The notes under the pieces are model-generated. The model was not told the DNA's origin. It saw only the letters and a program-made list of their open reading frames with translations, and made no database searches. A stretch of 63,553 nt of DNA, the filler included. It is 11 parts of 11 records of this genome, joined end to end, with 100 filler letters (N's around TTAATTAATTAA, not from the genome) between each part and the next. Parts side by side here need not be neighbours in the genome. Positions count along the whole stretch, not along the records: positions 47,854 to 50,923 come from SRR7504441_21184; positions 51,024 to 59,006 come from SRR7504441_21185; positions 59,107 to 63,553 come from SRR7504441_21191; 8 more parts are not named here. One strand, 5' to 3'. The position numbers and the translations under genes were made by a program. This document shows, piece after piece, positions 47,967 to 61,173 of this stretch; the first letter of the stretch is position 1, and every line of letters starts with the position of its first letter.

Positions 47967-49735
47967 TTATTTAGCGCCCGTCATTTCACTCGCCTCGGCG
48001 CTCTCATCTCTGTGGCAGGCGAGGCTCTTGTCGGATGCACGCACCTGCTACTGAGTCACACCAAGCTGCGGTCGACGGTGCACTGCTGCGACCTCTCCAC
48101 AGCTGGAGGTGCAATCTCCCGCTCCTGCTCCTGCAGGGGCACCTCTACTGGAAGCCTTTCCCGCGCAGCCTGCCCTAGACTAGCCCCAACAGCAACAGCC
48201 CACTCACCTTTGTGGCTTTGGACAGTGCAAGCTGCTGCTGACTCTCCAGTTGGGCACCCCGCATCTGCTCAAGCTGCCCATGGGCTCACCGCATGTCAAC
48301 GGACGCAGTCGCACCTCCGCCCGCAGCTCTTTGTTCTGCTTGGACAGCCCACGATAGTCCGCACGCGCCCTCTCCAGCACAGCTGAGCCACCCGCTCATT
48401 GGCTTGCCCGGCAGCGGGTCACCAGAGAGCCTCTTCACTCGTGTTGTCATCGCGAGCTCCGATTCCGTAGGCTGTGGAACCGGCCGCTGTGCCCCCGCAG
48501 AGCTCACCCAGTTCAACTCAGAGGGCTGGCCACCTCGACAAGCGGCTGGAGCACAGGCACAAGCTGCCTACGAGCCAGTCAGCGCTCCGTCAAAACAAAG
48601 CCACCTGTGTGCGGCAGACACCAGCAAAGCAGCTGTTGAGTCCACCACGGCAGGTGCGCTGCACTGGGTAAGCCCTGCTGGCCAGATGCCCCACCGATGC
48701 TGGCAGAGCGATAGCCCGTGAGTCAGGCTCACCAGCCATATCGGCCGCTCCTCAACCGCAGCGCCCTGCACCCAGCCCGGTCCGCGCTGCAGCCTGTGCT
48801 CGCACCAGGCAGATGCTGTCCGCCACCACAGTGTCCGACGATGGTCTGAGGTCCCCTCCGTCAAGCCCCCACCTGCGCCGACTCGTGTGCCAAGCAGCGA
48901 CTCGTGTGCTCACGTGTTTAGCTTATCTGATCCTGATGCCACCGACCACACCCGATCGCCCACCAGCGCCAGTCCGGAGATAGGCCGCCGATTGTGCTCG
49001 CCGTCAAAGCTCTTGAGCAGTTGCCCGGACACAGACCACATGCAGATACTCCCGTCCTCGAGCCCTGCACCCGGGCTGAGACTGCACAGCCAGTAGATCT
49101 ACCAGCCCAGATCGACTCCTGCGCAGCAGCCAGGCAGCACACCCCACCGGAGCACTCGCCAAGCGTCCGAAGGCACACGTCCTGCCTACTGTCCCATACT
49201 CTGATCGCCCTGTCGGCGCCGCCGCTCCAAAGTTCTAGCCCGAGCGGCAGCAGCGCCCGCACAGACCCCCGGTGCCCCGACAGCACATCCCAGAGCTCGC
49301 CATCCAGCCGCCACTTCACCACCTCCCCGTCGTCCGCGCCGCTCCACACCGCGCCCCGCCCGGCGGCCAGGCTCCGGACTGGCCCGGTGTGCGCCCTGGC
49401 CGCGTCAGTGATCAGCACCCCCGACTCGGCCCCGAACAGCAGCAGCCTCCCGTCCGCCGCGCCGGCCCATACGCTGCCCGGCCTCACGGCGATGCCTGAG
49501 CCGGCGGCGCACCGCGGGTCGGGCCAACCGACCGCGGCCAGGCAGGTCACTGCTGCCGGCGTCGGGAGCTCGTCGGCCACCGCGCCCGTCCGCCCGTCAC
49601 GGACTAGCAGCACCGGCCTGCGCACCGGGCTGGGGTCGGCGGGCGGGGAGGGCACCTCTGCCGCTCGCCGGTCCAGACTGTCGAGCCCACCGCCAGCCCG
49701 CAGCTGCACGCGCCACCCACAGCGAGAGCCTGCAT
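47967..49735 (-). CDS. WD40 beta-propeller protein, multi-exon; 3' end approximate
   Basis: VWAGAADG, AHTGPVRSL, VWSGADDG, GHRGSVRAL, LWSGGADRAIRVWD. Confidence 0.78.
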
Positions 49736-49770
49736 GGGCCCCGAGCTGAAACGCAAATCATAAATCAAAT

Positions 49771-50562
49771 ATGGAGCCGCAGGCAGGGGTGCCGCTCGAG
49801 CTGTCGCCCGTGTCAGACATGTCTTCCCTGCCGCGCGACTGGCTGTCGGGCTCGCGCAGCCTATCGGCCAGCCCGCGCTCCCCCCGCCGAGTCTCGACCC
49901 AGTTCCTGCCGCTGCTTGACCGGGTGGCGGCCGGGCTGAGAGTAGTTCGCGAGGAGAGGCGCCAGTGCGACCAGCTTGCTGCTCGCCTGCCCGTGGACGC
50001 CGCGGCCGGAGTGGCCAAGCTCAAGCAAGTGGTGCAGGACCAGCCCTCCAGCCGGGTCGCCCAGTGCGCGGTGCGAAGGCTCGGCGAGCTCGCGCGCAAG
50101 CCGCTCCGGTCGATGAATGTGATGAACGGACAGAGCAGCGGGACCAGCTGCGCTCAAGCGCCGGGCCGACCGGGCGAGGCGGGAGCCGACAGGGTGGTTG
50201 ATGCGCTTCGGAGGGAGAATCGGCAGCTGCGAGCGCAGGCCGAGAGCGCGGCGGAGCGGCTGGCGCAGGCCGAGCGGGCACTGGCAGAGGTGGGCGGCCT
50301 CGGCCGGTGGCCAGCGATCTGCCGGGGGCAGGCGGGCCGGGAGAATGCCAGGCTGAAGTCAGAGCTAGTGGGGTCGGGCCAGCGCAGCCACGCTTTGGCT
50401 GGGTTTGTCGCACAGCAAAGGACGTGGGTGGGCGAGCTGGCTGCCGAGCTCAATAAGCGGGGGGGAGAGAGCGGTGTGTGGCGCGGGATCGTGGAGGCAA
50501 TAGTGGTCTGGCAGCTGCGGTGCTGGCGGGCGCGGGCGGGCTTGCCGGATCATCTGCTCTGA
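49771..50562 (+). CDS. Hypothetical coiled-coil protein
   Basis: 263-aa ORF with heptads (LRRENRQLRAQAESAAERLAQAERAL); probably contains in-frame introns. Confidence 0.55.
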   Translation: MEPQAGVPLELSPVSDMSSLPRDWLSGSRSLSASPRSPRRVSTQFLPLLDRVAAGLRVVREERRQCDQLAARLPVDAAAGVAKLKQVVQDQPSSRVAQCAVRRLGELARKPLRSMNVMNGQSSGTSCAQAPGRPGEAGADRVVDALRRENRQLRAQAESAAERLAQAERALAEVGGLGRWPAICRGQAGRENARLKSELVGSGQRSHALAGFVAQQRTWVGELAAELNKRGGESGVWRGIVEAIVVWQLRCWRARAGLPDHLL

Positions 50563-51028
50563 ATCAAATAGCGTCTTTCGTGAAGCTTTTAATTAATTAC
50601 ATGTAACATTACTCATGATCAGTGACGCTGTGCCAACGTAGTGCCAACGGAGATTACATGTACAAACTGAGTGCATACACTTTGAATCCACGATTAGGTG
50701 TCATCCGATATTCGGATTTAATTCTTCCGGTCGCGGCACATATAGGTGCATAAGTACTTCCTGAAAGTACTTGGGAACGAGGGTCAACGTTTTTCCGGTG
50801 AAAAGGGATGGTCGGATGGACATTCCGACTCACAGTCGGTTAACAGTCGGTAGAGTTAGTATTAGAGTTAGCCAACTATAGTTAGTTAGTGCTTTGATTC
50901 ATAATAAATGGATTGATGTTGGANNNNNNNNNNNNNNNNNNNNNNNNNNNNNNNNNNNNNNNNNNNNTTAATTAATTAANNNNNNNNNNNNNNNNNNNNN
51001 NNNNNNNNNNNNNNNNNNNNNNNCCCGC

Positions 51029-51215
51029 GAGGAGCCGTATAACATTACGTATATAATGAATCACTTTTAAACGTTGAATCTGAGAGAGTAGGTATAATTA
51101 ATATGATGAGGGCAACGTTGAACTATACCTGCAATGGAAAGGGTATGAACGTAAAGACAGCACTTGGGAGCCAATCGAGCACGTCAACTGTACACATCTA
51201 ATCACTCGGTACTTC
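51029..51215 (+). pseudogene. Degenerate chromodomain fragment
   Basis: EEPYNITYIMNHF*, then in another frame YDEGNVELYLQWKGYERKDSTWEPIEHVNCTHLITRYF (51102-51215). Locally AT-rich and interrupted by stops. Confidence 0.75.
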
Positions 51216-51294
51216 ATTGTAGTACAGCTAGTTATTACTAGCTTGATCGAGGGACTCGACGGAAGCTTTGAGAGAGAGAGCCGTTTTTTCTGAG

Positions 51295-54200
51295 ATGGAC
51301 TCGCTCCAGGCCGGGACGGAGGAAGCGAGGGAGAGGTGGCGGCGGCTCCGGCGGGATGACCGGTTGTGCAGGTGGCGCGCCCTCACGGACCGCGAGAAGT
51401 GGCTGGTCGCTGCAGTGGGCGGCACCGGCACTCTGGTGGGTCGCTAGGGCTGGGCCTGCCCACCGCTCGCAGGTGCTGCTCTGGCGGATCTACAGGGCGC
51501 TCCGTCCGGGCGGCCGCAGGACGTGAGCCGGGCACCGGCCCACCAGGCTCACCGCGGGGCAGGTATGAGGCGGCTAAGCGCGGGTTCGTCCCTCAGGAGC
51601 CTCGGGCCGCTGGACCGCAACTGCCCACCGCCCAGTACGCCACCATGCTCGCCGACCCAGCCGCGCCCCCTGAGCCGCCCGCCCCGTGCGCCGAGCTGCC
51701 GGCCAGTACGCCCGAGTCGCCTGAGTCGCCCAGCTCGCCCTCGGGCGGGGGGGCAGACCTGACGCTGCAGGCCGCGTCGGTCCAGGTAAAGGTTGGCCGG
51801 TGGTGCGGCCCGAGCGGCGGGGAGCAGGTGCACGCGGTGACTGCTCTGAGCGAGCTAGTGCTTCGGCTATTCAAGCCGGATGATGGGCTGGCGGTGATGG
51901 TTGCGACCCTGGAGCGCGTACCCGGAGGTGAATCCCTCGTGGGTCAGTGGCGAGCAGGTGGGCAGGTGAGCACATCCGGACAGCGTTCGACGCAGCTGCG
52001 CTGCTCGAGCTGCTGAGCAGCGTGATGTGGCTGTTGCTGGATCAGGTGCTCGAGGTAGCCTGTACCGAGTTCATTAAAAGGAAGCGGAGTGCAGAGGCCC
52101 TCGAGAAGGAATCGGTGGAGGCCCAGCTGATACAGATGGGGCTGGTGGAGCCAGGTGGCAAGGCTGGAGCCATGCCGGAGCTAGTGGAGGCCATCCGGCA
52201 ACTCTGGCAGACCCACGCCAATCCCAGCAAGCAGGAGCAATGGCCTGCTGTGTCGAGCTGGTTCTTTGATGCCTGGCAACAATCACTGCCAGATCTGTCC
52301 ATTCTACAGCAGAAGGGCATCTTTGGCGTGTACCTGGAGCTGTGCACCAGCCACGAGATGGCCGTAACCAAGCAGCAAGGTGACCGTGCTCGATTGCAGA
52401 CTACCTCTGAGCTGCGGCTGCATTTCTTCTCTGTGCTGTGGCGGTGTTTCCATGTGCTGGAGAACTCCTGGCAGCCAATCTGGGCTGCGTTCAACGATCC
52501 GATTCCAACAGGAGCAGATCTATCTATTCCCAGCGTTTCTATAGATGAGCCGGGGCTAGACAGAGAGATGAGCGCCTCAGCTTTCGAAACCATGGATGAT
52601 GATGCATTCGAAGCATTTGCAGGGGATGCAGGCGAGCATTCGCCAGGGAGCCAGGCCAGCAGAGCTTCTTCATTCGCGGATGCCGAGGAGGATATCATCG
52701 ATAGGGTGCCCTTTCCTTTTCGTGTTAAAGTGGACAACATCATACATGATGCGACTGCCTCAGTCGTTGAGGTGATTGCAGGAGATTCGGAAGCACTGAG
52801 GCCTGGCTGGCTTGAAGAGCAGCTGGCACTAGCCATCAACAATGCAGTATCAGCTGTAGACTCGCTGAGAGCCCGTTTTCCCGAAATGCTCGCCCAGGTG
52901 TATCCTCTATTTGGATCGGCAAACTCGTGCACAGGCCCGCGCCGTGTGTTCAGGGGCTCGATGCTTTCAGCCGAGAACCGGCTGCAACTTGAGCCCAAGC
53001 ATGCACGCCAATTGATTTTGCATCAGGCTTTGTCCGTCTTGGAGACGTCACATCTAGTCACTCTACTTCGGTCTGTCGGGATTGCTGCGGGGAGAATGGT
53101 GCAATCCCCAATCAAGACCATTACACATCGCGTCATTGGTACGATGCTAGCGGTGGATCTGAAGGGGTCATTTGATGGTCTGTGCGACCGATTACTCGAT
53201 CCAATCCAGGATTGCTACCATGTGTACGAGCAGCTTGGGAACCAGCACCACATCGACTATAATGCATGGATTGAAAGTGCTATCCCAGCCTTTGGCTCAA
53301 GACTTCACAGGGCCCTTCGATTCACAGACCCAAGTGTGGCACAGTATGAGGAGCGAATTTACCTCATGCACGCGGTCCTATCGATGCTGTCGACTGCAGT
53401 TCCGAGGATGAGTCATTACAACGTTCAAAGATCATTCAAGCAACTGACTGGTGTGTTGATTAAAAGTGTGCAGCCAGCTCTGCGTCTCCTCATGATTGGG
53501 TTGGATATGAAGGAAGACTGGAGCGCTAAAATTCAGCAACACATTGATTCATATCTGTCTCCTGACTTCATCAATCAGAACATTGTTCGTTTCTTACATG
53601 ATAAGCTCACCAACGAGTGGCCTGCTACTTGCCGCTGCAACCAGGAGGTTCGAGAACTGTTCTACCAAATCGAGATGGGCTCAGAGTCTGGCCGGAATTG
53701 CGCAGAGGAGCGCTACCAGCTAGCACGCGTGCTGCTGACTGAGATGTGTGAGCAAGCAGCGGGAGGCGCGGACGCCATGGTTGCCCCTAAGCTAGTTGGA
53801 ATAATTCTCAAGGTACACAGCTTGCTTCAGCGACCACTTTTTCTAAAGCACACCTGTTTCACGCTGTTTGATGAAGTCTTGCATGTGCTCCAAGTTGCCA
53901 GTAGTCCGGCTCTTCTGGAAGCTGCCCTAGAACGCGATTTTGACGCCCCGACAGAGCCGGTTGTACTCTTGGATTATGTCTCAGACAGGGTGGTACATTC
54001 TTTTCTTCAATTTGCCGTCGAGGTCCTCGCTGATGCAGAATATGTCGATGAAGCTAATCAGACGTGGGGTCAGTCTGGACTGGCACATGCAACATGGGCA
54101 GCAAAGTATGTGGTTCCCACCAAAATGGTTGGAGAGCTTGTGATGCAGCCGTTGCGACACATGGCCGACTCGTTGGTCACAGTTGATTCAGTCAATCTCG

Positions 54201-54313
54201 TCAAAGACTTGCTGATGCAGGCGTCCGGTTTCTGTGCTGACTTTGGGCCCGGCACTCTCAAAGATCGATTAAGGTATGGTTTGCCAGAGCTCGAGGTGCC
54301 ACAGAATTTGTAA
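51295..54313 (+). CDS. Large helical hypothetical protein, multi-exon 5' end
   Basis: ATG 51295 (MDSLQAG...) with short introns into ORF 51947-54313. LLQRPLFLKHTCFTLFDEVL is weakly like a sorting-nexin C-terminal motif. Confidence 0.65.
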
Positions 54314-54467
54314 TACAGAATTAACTTTAAACGCTAAACATACGATTACATCTAATTACATCATACTGTATTACAAGTAGATCTACATCGAAACCTAGAC
54401 ATACTTTTATTTTACTACATTATTTGATCATTATTTGATACGATATGAAGTACCGTACGTCCATTTC

Positions 54468-57115
54468 CTACCAAATTTGGTTCGGGCTGGTGATTAGCTT
54501 TGTTGGACCTCGTTTGGAGCACAAGAGCTGCTGGAATTGGTCAAGGGGCTGACAGTGCAAGGGCGTCAGCTCATTACTGGTTGCCTGCACACCTGCGATG
54601 GAGCTGCAACAATGCACCCAACAGCGTTCACAAAGATCCACGTCTGCAGTTCCATAAATCTGAGTCAAGATTGTGCGCTCAGGCACCTTGCTTGCAGGAT
54701 CTAGACACTCTATACGATCGACCGTGTGCCCCAAGTTATTGTCCCCACCTAGCAGCCCCAAACTCACCGCAGCGTTGGTAAATTTCTCATTACCGCTCAC
54801 ATAAACCCTGCCTTTGGCCACTGAAGGCACACTGCCTTTGCGAGCCAGCTGGAGCGGCGCCACGGGCACCCAGCTCATACTTTGCAGATTCAGACACTCC
54901 ACGCTGGTCAGTGCGCCCCCATCCGCACCCGCGCCGCCTATAGCAAACAATTGCTTCCCAAGTAGCACCACAGCAGCCTACCCCGTCACACAAGTCAGTG
55001 GCAGCGATACTAGGCACAACACCGCAGCTCGAGGCATGCCCATCAAAGGCAGTGGTCCCCAGCGACCCGATTTAGGATCAAACCACTCAGCGGTCTTCAG
55101 CGGCTGCCCATACGCTGGTCACTCAGCCAGCTGCAGCTGGCACCGTATGCTCACTCCCGAGACCGCCGACTGCATACACCGCCCCTCCTGATCTGTACCC
55201 ATAGTCTGGTTCGGCCAGCGGTCGCATACCCACCCTGTGACTGCGCACATGTAGCGAGGTTCAAGCATGTTTGGGAGCTTGATCTGGCCCGTGCATTCGA
55301 GCTCAGCCAGAGCTGCGAGACACCCATTCGTGCAGGTACTCGTCATACTTCTCGACGTCAGCCACCGGGTCCAAATTGGGTCGCCTTCGGCCACCTGGTG
55401 CCCTGTGACTGCCAGCTGCTGCCGGTAGCCACCAAGGCGCATCTTGACCTTGTCCATCAAGACGCCAGCCACCAAAGCGGGGATGATAACCACACACGCG
55501 CCCTCAACACTCAGCGAACTCTCCGGGTCTCTCAGCGTGCTCTGATACGCCACACTTGCCCGCGACTCCGGCCGCGCGGATGGGCTGAAACCATACAAGT
55601 TTGGACTCGTTAGTACTGGCAGCCACCTGATCGAGGCTGTGTACGGGTAAAGCAACGGGAGGGTCGGACTAGCCGGGGGTGGACTGGCCAGAGGGCTGCC
55701 TGAGGGCTGGAAGCCGGTCTGTGACAGCTCAGGCGAGGTCGAGACTACCACCGGCCCTGTGTTGGCCTGTGCCTGACATGGCGGATTACGGGCAGCGCAA
55801 ACGGGTGCACCTCGCCATCTGGTGGCAGCACCCTTGGAGGCGACTGGCACACCTTCTGCAGCCGTTGCCATCGGTCCTCCTGGTAGGTTGAAAGCCCCTC
55901 CCGAAACACCTGAGCCCCGATCATCCAGCAATGGCCCGACTCCGCGCCGTAGTGGCATCGGTGCATAACAGCTCAAACTCTGGCCTGGAGAGCAGCTCGA
56001 GCCCTTTAGCCCGATGTAGCTCAAACAGCCGGGCCACATCGTAAAAGCGGCGCATCCGCTTCATCTGTGGCTCGTCCCCGATCGCGGCGAGCAGCCCTAG
56101 CTGGCCGGCGACGAACTCGAATCTGGCCTGCAGCCGCTCGAGTTTGACCTGGTTTGGGTCTGCAGGCTCTGAGAGCTGGCTGAATAGGCTGATCACTGAT
56201 GGCAGGTGGCTGCTGGGAGCACTCTCGCGCATAAACTCGTCCAGGTGCTTGAACTGCTCGTAGTGCTTCTTCTTGTCCCGCCCGAAGACTGGCGGGCGCG
56301 CAAACTGCTTGTCACACTTCTTCATGAAATGTCCGGCCATCAGCATCGAACTCGAGTTGAGCATTTGGTCCTGCAGCATCCGCACCGCCCCGCGGACCGA
56401 CGGCTCCCCGCGCTGGGCTGCCGCCGGATCCGGGGGCGCGATCTGAACCACCACCACCGCCGGCTGCTGGTCGGCCACTGCTGTGACGCTGAGTCGAGAC
56501 GGGTCCACACGCAGCGAGCTCGAGAGTTCTTCAAGCAGAAGCTGGTCGAACCCGAGCACGTACCGCGGCTCGCACTCGAACAGCCGGATCGCCACCTCGG
56601 CGAACTGCGGCTCCACCACCGGTAGCCCAGCCTTGCCCAGCCGGCGGTAGTGCCGGGCCTCGTTCACCAGCGCCCTGAAGATGACGGTTCGCCGGGCGTG
56701 AACAGCCTCGCTCAGCACGGTGTGGATCCGACCGACCGCACCAGCGCGCACCGCCAGCTGGTCGGCCATGCTGGTGGCCACCTGGGCCTCGGCCTCAGCC
56801 AGCTGGACCAGCTGCTGGCAGCTCTGCTCGAAGGCCTCCGGCTCGAGAGAGCCCATCAAGAGCTCGAGCAGCTGGCTCAACTGCGTCGGGCCGACCTCGC
56901 CATTGGGGCCCTGCGCCCGCCGCCAGAGCATCTCCACCGTGCCCTGGCTCGGGCTGCCGGTTCCATGCGCCCACAGCCGGATCAACCCGGCGAACTGGGT
57001 TCGCGAGAGCCCGCCGCTCCCGTCCTTGTCCAGCCGGCCGAGAAGATCCCTGCCGCCCAGTCACCGCTGCCCGGCCAGTCGCGCACCGGGCCTGCTGCTC
57101 GCCCCGGGCACTCAT
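54468..57115 (-). CDS. EF-hand + SEA-like + kelch repeat protein, multi-exon; ends approximate
   Basis: LDKDGSGGLSRTQF EF loop near 57000-57040. Kelch motifs MLEPRYM, AEWFDPKSGRW, LFAIGG...SVECLNLQSMSWVPVAPLQLAR. Joining these into one gene is inferred. Confidence 0.7.
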
Positions 57116-57214
57116 GAGTACCACCACACCAGGCACTGACACAACCAGGCTTGCACTTTGCCAAAGCTGCCGTTATCAAATCGCCAGGCTGAGGCAGGCC
57201 GTAGCACTGATCAG

Positions 57215-58712
57215 ATGCCGGTCCCGACCAACCGTTCGTGCAACCCCATGAACACCGCTCCGAACAGCCAGGCCCGACTAGGCAACCGCCCGCCCAGCTT
57301 GCGACCGCCGGAGCCGAGCCCGCCGGGCAGGGGAAGGCTACGCCGAGCGGCCCCGGGTGGAGAGTGCCTCCAAGGCCATCCCGGAATACGACCCAGAGGT
57401 GCCCGGCCCGGGGGCACGGGGCGAGCCGGCGGGCCAGGAATACCCCGAGAACAACGACCCCAAGTTCAGTCAGATCATCAAGCACGGCTCGGCACTCGAG
57501 TTTTACGATCGGGACTCGGCGCTGCAATACATGAACGGTGCCACGCTGCCTCGGGCGGTGATCACCCCCCAGCAGAGCGACTGACCAACGACGGGATTGA
57601 TATAAACTCGAAAGACCGGTGCGGCTGCCCGGGGCTGGCTGCCCACTGGGACGCAGGTACGGGAACACGGCGGTGCACTACAACTATGACCACCCTGAGG
57701 TGAGCAGGCCGGGGGCGGCGGCGGGAGCGGCGGGCAGGTGCTGACCTGGCTGCTGGAGCACGGCGCGGACATCAACGCGCTGAACAAAGAGAACTGGACA
57801 GCCCTGCATGTCTGCTGCGATGTGAGCTGCACCCCGACACTGCCTGGCGCTCGAGTCACTGAGCGGGTGCCTGCAGAGCTACGACGACAAATATAAGGCG
57901 GCGCTCAATCTGATTGAACGCGGCGCAGGTGGGTAGCGGCCTGGGAGGGCTGCTGAGCCTGGGGTGCAGATCCGAACCTGCAGGGTTGCAAGGGCCGCAC
58001 CCCGCTTCATCTGGTGGCGCCGACGCCCTCCCGGCTGAGCGGGCGCAGGCGTGCCTCAAGCACTTTAAATCGGGCCAGTCCCGGGCCAATCTGATTAAGA
58101 TGCTTCTAGCCAATGGCGCCGACCCTAACATCGAGTGGCAAGAAGGTTATTAGAATCAATCAGTCCGGGTGGCGGGAGGCTCATGCGGGTGCAGGCACGG
58201 CGCTGCACGCGGTGCTGATGGCTTCGCTCAATGTGCGCCGCTCCGTGCACAGCTGGCGCTCACAGGGCCACAGGAGCCGGACCTGGAGCAGCCTGAGGCA
58301 ATGGTGGCTATCTTGGACCACAAGTAAGCCAATCCTTTGCCCAACGCTGACCGTGCGCAGCTGTGATGTCAACACCCGAGCTCAGAGCGACGGGAACACG
58401 GCGCTGCAACGGCTCATCCAGCAAGACGGGAACGGGTGGCCAGCAGGTGGTGCTGAACTGATCCTCCGCTTGCAGGTACAACCCAGAGCACGGCGTGGCA
58501 GTGGCGCAGTACCTCATGTCTAGGAAGGCCGATTACCACACGCCGTGTGGGAATGGCGTGCCGCCCCGGAGGGCCGCCAAGAGCTTGTGAGACAGCCTGA
58601 GGCTGGCTGGCTGAGCGGGGCTGGCAGGGAGATGCGGAGGCTGTTTAATTTGGCGTACGGAGGAGACGCCACTTCGCCTCGCTCGGGCGCGCCTGGGATG
58701 AAGCCGGTCTGA
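57215..58712 (+). CDS. Ankyrin repeat protein, intron-rich
   Basis: Exons encode GIDINSKD, YGNTAVH, LLEHGADINALNKENWTALH, GRTPLHL, LLANGADPN and DGNTALQ. Confidence 0.82.
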
Positions 58713-59289
58713 TGCACGATAGAGTTACATGGGTCAAGCCTCCACTGCAGCTCAAGCTCAGTTGCAATGAGTCGTACGAGTCGCACAGTTGAGCGAGAAA
58801 GGTTTGTCTTGTTGAATTTTGCGAGCACATGATAACTGTATACGTATTATTTTACTTAAATAGCTCAACACTTAATCAATGAATCGTCGAGAGAACCTCA
58901 TGTACAACCTCTAGCGTCGCTGGCAACCGGCCCGTGCACGCTACTATCATCCTGCTCATCAGCCTGAGGGACGCGTGGAGGCCTCCTGGAGTTGCTAGCG
59001 GATCCANNNNNNNNNNNNNNNNNNNNNNNNNNNNNNNNNNNNNNNNNNNNTTAATTAATTAANNNNNNNNNNNNNNNNNNNNNNNNNNNNNNNNNNNNNN
59101 NNNNNNTAGATATCAATAAATGACTTCAACTCTCTATAAAGTCTCTATGATTGTCTGCCCCGATCGCTAGTACAAGTTCTTCACCGGCTTCTCCTACGTC
59201 TCCTACAGTGTGCAAGATTATTACATGTAGTTTTAATCAAGATTTAGTCACCGACTATCATCGATCAAGGTCATTGTTATACATCTGGG

Positions 59290-61173
59290 TCAAACCGCTT
59301 CTTCAGCGAAATACGGCTCTTGCAATTGAGAGTCAAAGTCCGGATCCGCCTCGGTCTTTTGCTGAAGTAGAGCTTTGGCGACGCGCACACTTCCCGAGCG
59401 CGCGCCTGCCATGTTGAGTGCATCTGGTCCTAGTTCGAGCTGCGCGAATGCCCCCAGGATGTAGAAAGGACACTGTTCACCCCACGACAGGTCTGGCTGC
59501 AACAGCGGTAGGCCAGAAACTGTGGTAATTGATTGTTGGTTCATCAACGAGTTGAGGAAGGGAATGCAATGCAAGTCAAGGTTGCCTCCAGTAGCGAGCC
59601 AGATAAGATCGAACTCCCCTTCTGACCCGTCACTGAAATCGACATGGATGAAGCCTCCGCTATCCCAGTTCGCTTCAATCACTTCCACTTCCTCCATCAA
59701 TGTACAAGGCGCTTCATGGGGATCATCCGGCGACTCGGCCTTTTTTAAGAATTCCTGAAACACCTCGTTCGAGACAGAGCCTCCCCCGCGCAGCCCCTTC
59801 ATGAAGGTGACCCTATCGATCGGGTCTTGGTGCTTCCACAGCTTGGCTAGCACTTCAGCACGGCTGTCTCCCATCACACACAGATCGAGATCGAACGGCT
59901 TGATAGTCAGCTTCCTCCGGCATACAATTGTAGCAGTGCACTGGTGGTGCGCGGCGAGCAGGCTTAGGTGGGCTGCTGTTTGACCGCCGCCGACGATGAG
60001 CACGCGTGCATTTGGTCTTGGGACATTACCTTGCCGGAGCCAGCCAACCAGCTCCTGGGAGTGGATGATGCGCAGCGCAGACTCTGAAGCCGATTTGCTC
60101 TGGGCAATTTCGCTGGCGAGATCGTCGACCCAGCAAGGCAACTTTGCACGCATGCCCATGAAAGTTGGGCCCGGCCCCACTGCGGAAACAACTCTCTTAG
60201 CTGTGAGCAGTTGCCCACACGTGAGCCGCACGGCAAACGTGCACGGCTCCCCGCTGGCCCCAGGCACCAGCCGGACGTCGTCAACTGTTCCCCGGCGAAC
60301 CATCGGCGCCACGCCGTACCGGCGCACCAGATCATCGCAAAAGTCGTTGAAGATGCCTGTGCTTGGCAGAGAAAAAGGCCCCCAAAAGCCGACCGCACGG
60401 CAAGCATCGCGGTCCACAAGCCCCATATCCTTGAGCTCGTCCTCGCGATGCTTGGTCTGTGCCCAGACCCGCAGGCTCCTGTAGTCGAACGGGCATGGGT
60501 GAAGGTCAGAGTGCGAGCGGGTGTTCTTTATGCAAAGCGCCGCAAAGTTTTGCTTCCATTCCGCCAGCCATTCGCCATGGGTGTCGACCACCACACACCC
60601 AGGCAGCGCCGTCACCCCATTGTACCGCTTCTTGAGGTGCTTCCGAATCTCGCTCGGCGGTTTGCTCCGTGCCTTTGGCTTCTGCATCGTGTGCACCCGC
60701 TCTGCCTCACTCATCAAGTCTGGCTCGTCGTCGATTAGTCGGCAAAGCAGCGAGAGTGCGTGTGGACCCGCCCCGATCACGACCAGGTCGAGCATCCCGT
60801 CGCCCACCTGGTCGTCGGCCGCAGGGCCATCCGCCTCCGAGCTCGTGGAAGGCGCCAGTGCGTCCTCGATAGAGGCGGCCGACGGGTTGAGGTAGGGCGA
60901 GTCCAGGACAGCAGCGTCGGCCTTATCTACCGTCTCATTGCATTCCCAAGGCTCGGCGTCCGGGTCCGTCGGCCGGCCAGGTGGGTGGCCGGATTGATGG
61001 GCCTCGCTCTGCTGGCCGGGAGAGCTCACGTTGGCTGGGGCGGCCAGCGGGTCGTAGGAGGGCCGGGGTTTGGCTGGCTTCTTCTTCTTCCCGGCAGCAC
61101 AGTCGGCACACGCTGCACGGTGATCGATCCGGTGCCTTGCCTTCTGCAGCTGGTACCTCTGGAGCTCAGGCAT
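59290..61173 (-). CDS. FAD/NAD(P)-dependent oxidoreductase (lysine/ornithine N-monooxygenase-like fold)
   Basis: LVVIGAGPHAL, IIHS, VLIVGGGQTAAHL, IWLATG and LGPDALNMAGAR motifs. Confidence 0.85.
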   Translation of the reverse strand: MPELQRYQLQKARHRIDHRAACADCAAGKKKKPAKPRPSYDPLAAPANVSSPGQQSEAHQSGHPPGRPTDPDAEPWECNETVDKADAAVLDSPYLNPSAASIEDALAPSTSSEADGPAADDQVGDGMLDLVVIGAGPHALSLLCRLIDDEPDLMSEAERVHTMQKPKARSKPPSEIRKHLKKRYNGVTALPGCVVVDTHGEWLAEWKQNFAALCIKNTRSHSDLHPCPFDYRSLRVWAQTKHREDELKDMGLVDRDACRAVGFWGPFSLPSTGIFNDFCDDLVRRYGVAPMVRRGTVDDVRLVPGASGEPCTFAVRLTCGQLLTAKRVVSAVGPGPTFMGMRAKLPCWVDDLASEIAQSKSASESALRIIHSQELVGWLRQGNVPRPNARVLIVGGGQTAAHLSLLAAHHQCTATIVCRRKLTIKPFDLDLCVMGDSRAEVLAKLWKHQDPIDRVTFMKGLRGGGSVSNEVFQEFLKKAESPDDPHEAPCTLMEEVEVIEANWDSGGFIHVDFSDGSEGEFDLIWLATGGNLDLHCIPFLNSLMNQQSITTVSGLPLLQPDLSWGEQCPFYILGAFAQLELGPDALNMAGARSGSVRVAKALLQQKTEADPDFDSQLQEPYFAEEAV

